Source of the DNA: an uncultured Bacteroidales bacterium
Lineage (GTDB): Bacteria > Bacteroidota > Bacteroidia > Bacteroidales > WCHB1-69
Direction of reading: 5' to 3'
Length of the DNA: 64,000 nucleotides
NCBI GenBank assembly: GCA_947165685.1
Contig: CAMVBK010000009.1
Location: forward strand, 2,524-66,523
The stretch's first letter is position 1, and the number at the start of each line of letters is the position of its first letter. Position numbers and translations under genes: made by a program. The notes under the pieces were generated by a model. It was not told the DNA's origin. It searched no databases and saw only the letters and a list, made by a program, of their open reading frames with translations. Positions 59,999 to 64,000 of the stretch are shown piece after piece.

Positions 59999-62503
59999 AT
60001 GAGATTGGATCAACGTGAGTTTGAAAAGAGCCCTGACCACATTCGTGTGCGCGGGGCTCGAGTGCATAATCTGAAAGACATTGATGTGGATGTACCGTTG
60101 CACCGGATTGTGGCTGTGGCGGGTGTTTCCGGCTCTGGAAAGTCTTCGTTGGCTCTCGGGGTGCTCTATGCGGAGGGTTCGCGCCGTTATTTGGAGTCGC
60201 TATCCACCTATACGCGCCGCCGCATGACGCAGGCCGCCAAGGCCGATGTCGATGAGATTCTTTATGTGCCTGCCGCTCTCGCCCTGCACCAGCGGCCTGC
60301 CGTCCCGGGCATCCGCTCCACTTTCGGCACGGGCACGGAGCTGCTTAACAGCTTGAGACTCATGTATTCCCGCTTGGCCGAGCATCGCTGTCCCAATGGG
60401 CATTACTTGCCGCCTTCCCTTGCTGTGGCCGCCGGTCAGGAGTGTGTCTGCCCGGAATGCGGCGAGCATTTCTATGCGCCGGGCGCAGAGGAGCTGGCCT
60501 TCAACAGCCAGGGAGCCTGTCGGCACTGCGGCGGCACCGGCATGGTGCGCACCGTTGACAAGGCCTCTCTCGTGCCCGATGAGTCGCTCACGATCGACGA
60601 GGGGGCCGTTGCGCCGTGGAACAGCCTCATGTGGTCGCTCATGACCGACGTGTGCCGCGCCATGGGGGTCCGCACCGACGTGCCATTCCGCGAACTGACG
60701 GACAAAGAGAAGGATATCGTCTATAACGGTCCTGCCGAGAAGAAACATATTTTCTATAAGTCCAAGACCACGAACGTGGCCGGGGAGATGGACTTCACCT
60801 ACTTCAATGCCACCTATTCGGTGGAGAACGCGCTGTCGAAAGTGAAGGACGAGAAGGGGATGAAGCGCGTGGAGAAATTCCTGAAGGAGGATGTCTGCCC
60901 CGAATGCCACGGCACCCGACTGTCGGAGGCTGCCCGGGCACCCAGGCTGCGCGGCATCGGGCTCGACGAGGCCTGCCAGATGACACTTTCGCAGCTGTCG
61001 GAGTGGGTGGACGGCGTGCCCGCATCGTTGCCTGAAGAGATGCGTCCCATGGCCGAAAGCATTTGCGAGTCATTTCGGACTGCCGCCAATCGGTTGATGG
61101 ACTTAGGGTTAGGGTATCTTACCCTCGACCGAGCCGCCTCCACGCTCTCCACCGGCGAACGGCAGCGGATGCAGCTTGCCCGCGCCGTCCGAAACCGCAC
61201 TACGGGCGTGCTCTACGTCTTGGACGAACCCTCCATCGGTCTGCATCCTTCTAACATCGTAGGACTTAATGGGGTGATGCACGACCTCGTGGCCGACGGC
61301 AACACGGTGCTACTGGTTGACCACGACACCCAAATCCTGCAGGAGGCCGATTGGCTCATCGAGTTGGGACCGGATGCGGGTGCCAAAGGCGGACAGGTCA
61401 TCGCCGAGGGCACCATCGCCGACATCATACGGAACCCGGGTTCGCGCATAGGCCCTTTCTTGGACCTGAAACGCGAGCATGGCTGGAGCGACCCCGACAA
61501 GGAACGACTCTTTGATTTTGGCAATATCCACTTGTCAACCAAACAGATACATACAGTGAAGCCGTTGGAAGTCGATATTCCCAAGGGACGGCTCACCGTG
61601 GTGACGGGCGTGTCGGGATCCGGCAAGACAACGCTGATTCTGGAAAGCCTTGTGCCGTCGTTGGAGGCACTGACCCGCAAGAAGCGGATGCCGGACCATG
61701 TCACGGACATCCTCGCCGAGGGTATCGAGCACGTGAAGCTCATCGATGCCACGCCCATCGGCATCAATGTGCGCTCCACCGTGGCCACCTACGCGAACGC
61801 GCACGACGAGCTGCGCAAAATCTACGCTCGAACCCCCGAAGCCAAGCGGCGCGGCTACAAAGCCGGCGACTTCTCCTACAACACCGGTGACCTGCGCTGT
61901 CCTGTCTGCGACGGCACCGGCTCCATCAGCCTTGACGTCCAGTTCCTCCCCGATGTCGATATTCCTTGTCCCGAGTGCCGCGGCTCGCGCTACGCCAAAG
62001 CCGCCTACGCGGTCAAGCACACCAACAAGCGCCACGAAAGTGTCTCCCTGCCGGCGCTGATGGACATGGACATCAACACCGCCATGGAGTTCTGCCAGGA
62101 TATGAAGACGGTCTTTCCGAGGCTTCAAGTGCTGCAAAGTCTTGGCTTGGGGTATCTTACGCTTGGTGAGGAGACGCCGAGTCTGTCGGGCGGCGAAGCC
62201 CAGCGGCTGAAGCTGGCTACCGAAATGGGACGTCTGCAGCACGATTCGGTGTTTGTGTTCGACGAACCCACCATCGGGCTGCATCCTTTGGACGTGCAGA
62301 CGCTGTTGCAGGTGTTCGACACGCTGATTCGGAACGGGGCCACGGTGGTTGTCATTGAGCACGACCTGGACGTGATCCGGGCGGCAGACTACATCATCGA
62401 CATGGGACCGGGCGGCGGCGAGGACGGCGGCCGCGTCGTGGCCGTGGGCACGCCGAGGGACATCGCCGGGAATCCGGAGAGCATCACGGGGCGGTTCCTG
62501 TGA
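59999..62503 (+). CDS. UvrA-family ABC ATPase paralogue (short, class II-like)
   Basis: IRVRGARVHNLKDIDVDVP, two GVSGSGKS(S/T) Walker A motifs, two LSTGE/LSGGE signatures, and Zn-module CxxC pairs. It is about 835 aa, whereas canonical UvrA is about 940 aa. An alternative GTG start lies at 59990. Confidence 0.85.
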   Translation: MRLDQREFEKSPDHIRVRGARVHNLKDIDVDVPLHRIVAVAGVSGSGKSSLALGVLYAEGSRRYLESLSTYTRRRMTQAAKADVDEILYVPAALALHQRPAVPGIRSTFGTGTELLNSLRLMYSRLAEHRCPNGHYLPPSLAVAAGQECVCPECGEHFYAPGAEELAFNSQGACRHCGGTGMVRTVDKASLVPDESLTIDEGAVAPWNSLMWSLMTDVCRAMGVRTDVPFRELTDKEKDIVYNGPAEKKHIFYKSKTTNVAGEMDFTYFNATYSVENALSKVKDEKGMKRVEKFLKEDVCPECHGTRLSEAARAPRLRGIGLDEACQMTLSQLSEWVDGVPASLPEEMRPMAESICESFRTAANRLMDLGLGYLTLDRAASTLSTGERQRMQLARAVRNRTTGVLYVLDEPSIGLHPSNIVGLNGVMHDLVADGNTVLLVDHDTQILQEADWLIELGPDAGAKGGQVIAEGTIADIIRNPGSRIGPFLDLKREHGWSDPDKERLFDFGNIHLSTKQIHTVKPLEVDIPKGRLTVVTGVSGSGKTTLILESLVPSLEALTRKKRMPDHVTDILAEGIEHVKLIDATPIGINVRSTVATYANAHDELRKIYARTPEAKRRGYKAGDFSYNTGDLRCPVCDGTGSISLDVQFLPDVDIPCPECRGSRYAKAAYAVKHTNKRHESVSLPALMDMDINTAMEFCQDMKTVFPRLQVLQSLGLGYLTLGEETPSLSGGEAQRLKLATEMGRLQHDSVFVFDEPTIGLHPLDVQTLLQVFDTLIRNGATVVVIEHDLDVIRAADYIIDMGPGGGEDGGRVVAVGTPRDIAGNPESITGRFL

Positions 62504-62534
62504 TCGGGAGCGGTTATGGATTATTGCGTCTGTC

Positions 62535-63962
62535 CTATTGGCATCCATTGTAAAAATGGATGGCCTTCTGGTAGCCACGCGCCATCGCCATCATGATCCA
62601 TTTTTCCGCCTCCTTTGGGTTCCCTTTCACTCCTTCTCCGTTATACAAGCACCATCCGACCATATATTGGGCCGGGGCATACCCTTCTTTTGCGCTTTTC
62701 TTGAAGCAGGCGTATGCTTTTTTGTAGTTGTTGTTGGTCGGGTCTATGATCCCGTCCTTGTGGCATAATCCAAGCCAGTAAAATCCCTCGGGGTCTTTGC
62801 GTACGGCGGCCTTTTGCCATAGCGCTACGGCCTGGTTGGTGTCTTTCTCCAATCCGCACCAGCCGTTGAAGTGGAATTTCCCGAGCTGGGTGCACGCCTT
62901 GGGATGTCTTTTTTCGGCAGCCTGCCGGAAATAGGCGTAGGCTTGAAGGGAGTCTTTCTCCACGCCTAAACCGTTCATACACAGCACTCCCATGCCGTAA
63001 AGCCCGTCGGCGTCGCCTTGCTTGGCAGACTCATTGTACCAATAATATGCTTGAGTGTAGTCTCTGTTACGTAAAATCTTGTTCCAATTGTATAGAAACA
63101 GATCTCCTGCTTCTGCTTGCGCCTTCGCCTTGCCCGCTTTTGCATTTGCGATAATTGAACTGTCTCTTTGGGGATCCACAATTCCTCTGTAGATTTCTGA
63201 AGGGTTAAAGACGAGGATTTGTCCATTAATCCTTTCCGTGCGGATGGTGGTGATTTCGGGTGCGGAATAAGATGAAATTAGAAAGGCCGTCCTTTCCTTT
63301 TCCCAAGATTTTTTAAGTTCGCTGTCCCAATAGGCAATCTCTTTGAAATAGCGTCTGGCCTTGGCGGGATTGGCTTTCACCCCTCGCCCTTTGGCATAGC
63401 ACACCGATAGGTAGTAGCGTCCGAGGTCGCAGTGTTGGTAGGCAGCTTCCTGGAAAAGTTTGAACGCGGAGTCATAGTCGGGCTGGGGCTTGTAATAATG
63501 ATACAAGCCGATGCGGCAGGCGGCCATTGGGTCTCCGTACTGCTCGTAGGCCGTTCGGTAATAATACATGGCCGTGTCGGTGCTGTTCCGTGATGCGTAG
63601 AGATCCCCTAATTGGACCATCGCGCAAACGTTGCCTTCTTGGCTCACTTGATAGTTGAGGCTGTCGAACAGGTTGGGCTTGATTTTCCAGAGTAATTCAT
63701 CCTCTCTGAAATTGAAGAATTTACGTTCCGGACGCTGGTTTTTGTCCTTGAATTCACTCTCCACATATTGCCTGATGTAACGGAAAAGATTCTCTATGGT
63801 TACACTGTCTGTTGAAAATCGTTTCAGATAGTGTAATTCATTGCCGGAGACGGAATTGGCCAGTGCCTTTTCCAACGGGGTGAAGTCGCGTGTGGGAATG
63901 TACGAAGTGTCGTATTCGCTGCTGGAAAAGAAGAATGCGCACTTGTCATCCTTGCGATTCAT
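62535..63962 (-). CDS. Sel1-like repeat (SLR/TPR-family) protein
   Basis: 475 aa. Multiple units of about 36 aa match A..WY.KAA.QG...A...LG..Y..G.GV.KD. The DNA is somewhat AT-richer than the window average. Confidence 0.75.
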   Translation of the reverse strand: MNRKDDKCAFFFSSSEYDTSYIPTRDFTPLEKALANSVSGNELHYLKRFSTDSVTIENLFRYIRQYVESEFKDKNQRPERKFFNFREDELLWKIKPNLFDSLNYQVSQEGNVCAMVQLGDLYASRNSTDTAMYYYRTAYEQYGDPMAACRIGLYHYYKPQPDYDSAFKLFQEAAYQHCDLGRYYLSVCYAKGRGVKANPAKARRYFKEIAYWDSELKKSWEKERTAFLISSYSAPEITTIRTERINGQILVFNPSEIYRGIVDPQRDSSIIANAKAGKAKAQAEAGDLFLYNWNKILRNRDYTQAYYWYNESAKQGDADGLYGMGVLCMNGLGVEKDSLQAYAYFRQAAEKRHPKACTQLGKFHFNGWCGLEKDTNQAVALWQKAAVRKDPEGFYWLGLCHKDGIIDPTNNNYKKAYACFKKSAKEGYAPAQYMVGWCLYNGEGVKGNPKEAEKWIMMAMARGYQKAIHFYNGCQ

Positions 63963-64000
63963 CGAATCGAGCTTGTTGACAAGGGATTTGGCGTAGCATG

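Overview
The window reads as a chromosomal segment of a GC-rich member of Bacteroidota, probably Bacteroidales. Three things support this: TAnnTTTG -7 promoter boxes sit 15-55 nt upstream of many starts with no obvious Shine-Dalgarno sequences; two proteins carry type IX secretion (T9SS) C-terminal sorting domains; and the gene content includes a DUF4270 protein, a TonB-dependent receptor and a PorV/PorQ-like protein. I support about 52 protein genes, one tRNA-Leu(GAG), a few intrinsic terminators and about 13 short-period tandem-repeat arrays. Housekeeping genes include kdsA, rpmB, glmS, deoC, an HU gene, an RNase E/G gene, recX, dut, a UvrA paralogue, parvulin-type isomerases and a GH2 beta-mannosidase.

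Four things stand out:
1. A tightly packed seven-gene minus-strand operon (37908->30995). It joins an RsbU/RsbW/RsbV-type partner-switching module to an adjacent small alarmone synthetase / HD hydrolase pair, followed by an amino-acid ABC importer. A paralogous single-chain ABC importer lies immediately upstream. Both ATPases share an unexplained C-terminal extension of about 110 aa.
2. Nearly every larger intergenic region carries arrays of 7-9 nt tandem units drawn from a small shared vocabulary (TGTTGGC, TGAAACY, TTGAACY, TAGAAYT, GTTTAGNN, TCAYTNG and their reverse complements). The two arrays checked base by base hold perfect register. Several arrays supply the stop codon of the upstream gene.
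3. One heptamer tract lies inside the T9SS sorting domain of a 2317-aa modular surface protein.
4. An unlisted 29-aa Lys/Arg-rich ORF follows the HU gene.

All functional calls come from reading the translated ORFs for family motifs. No database search was run.
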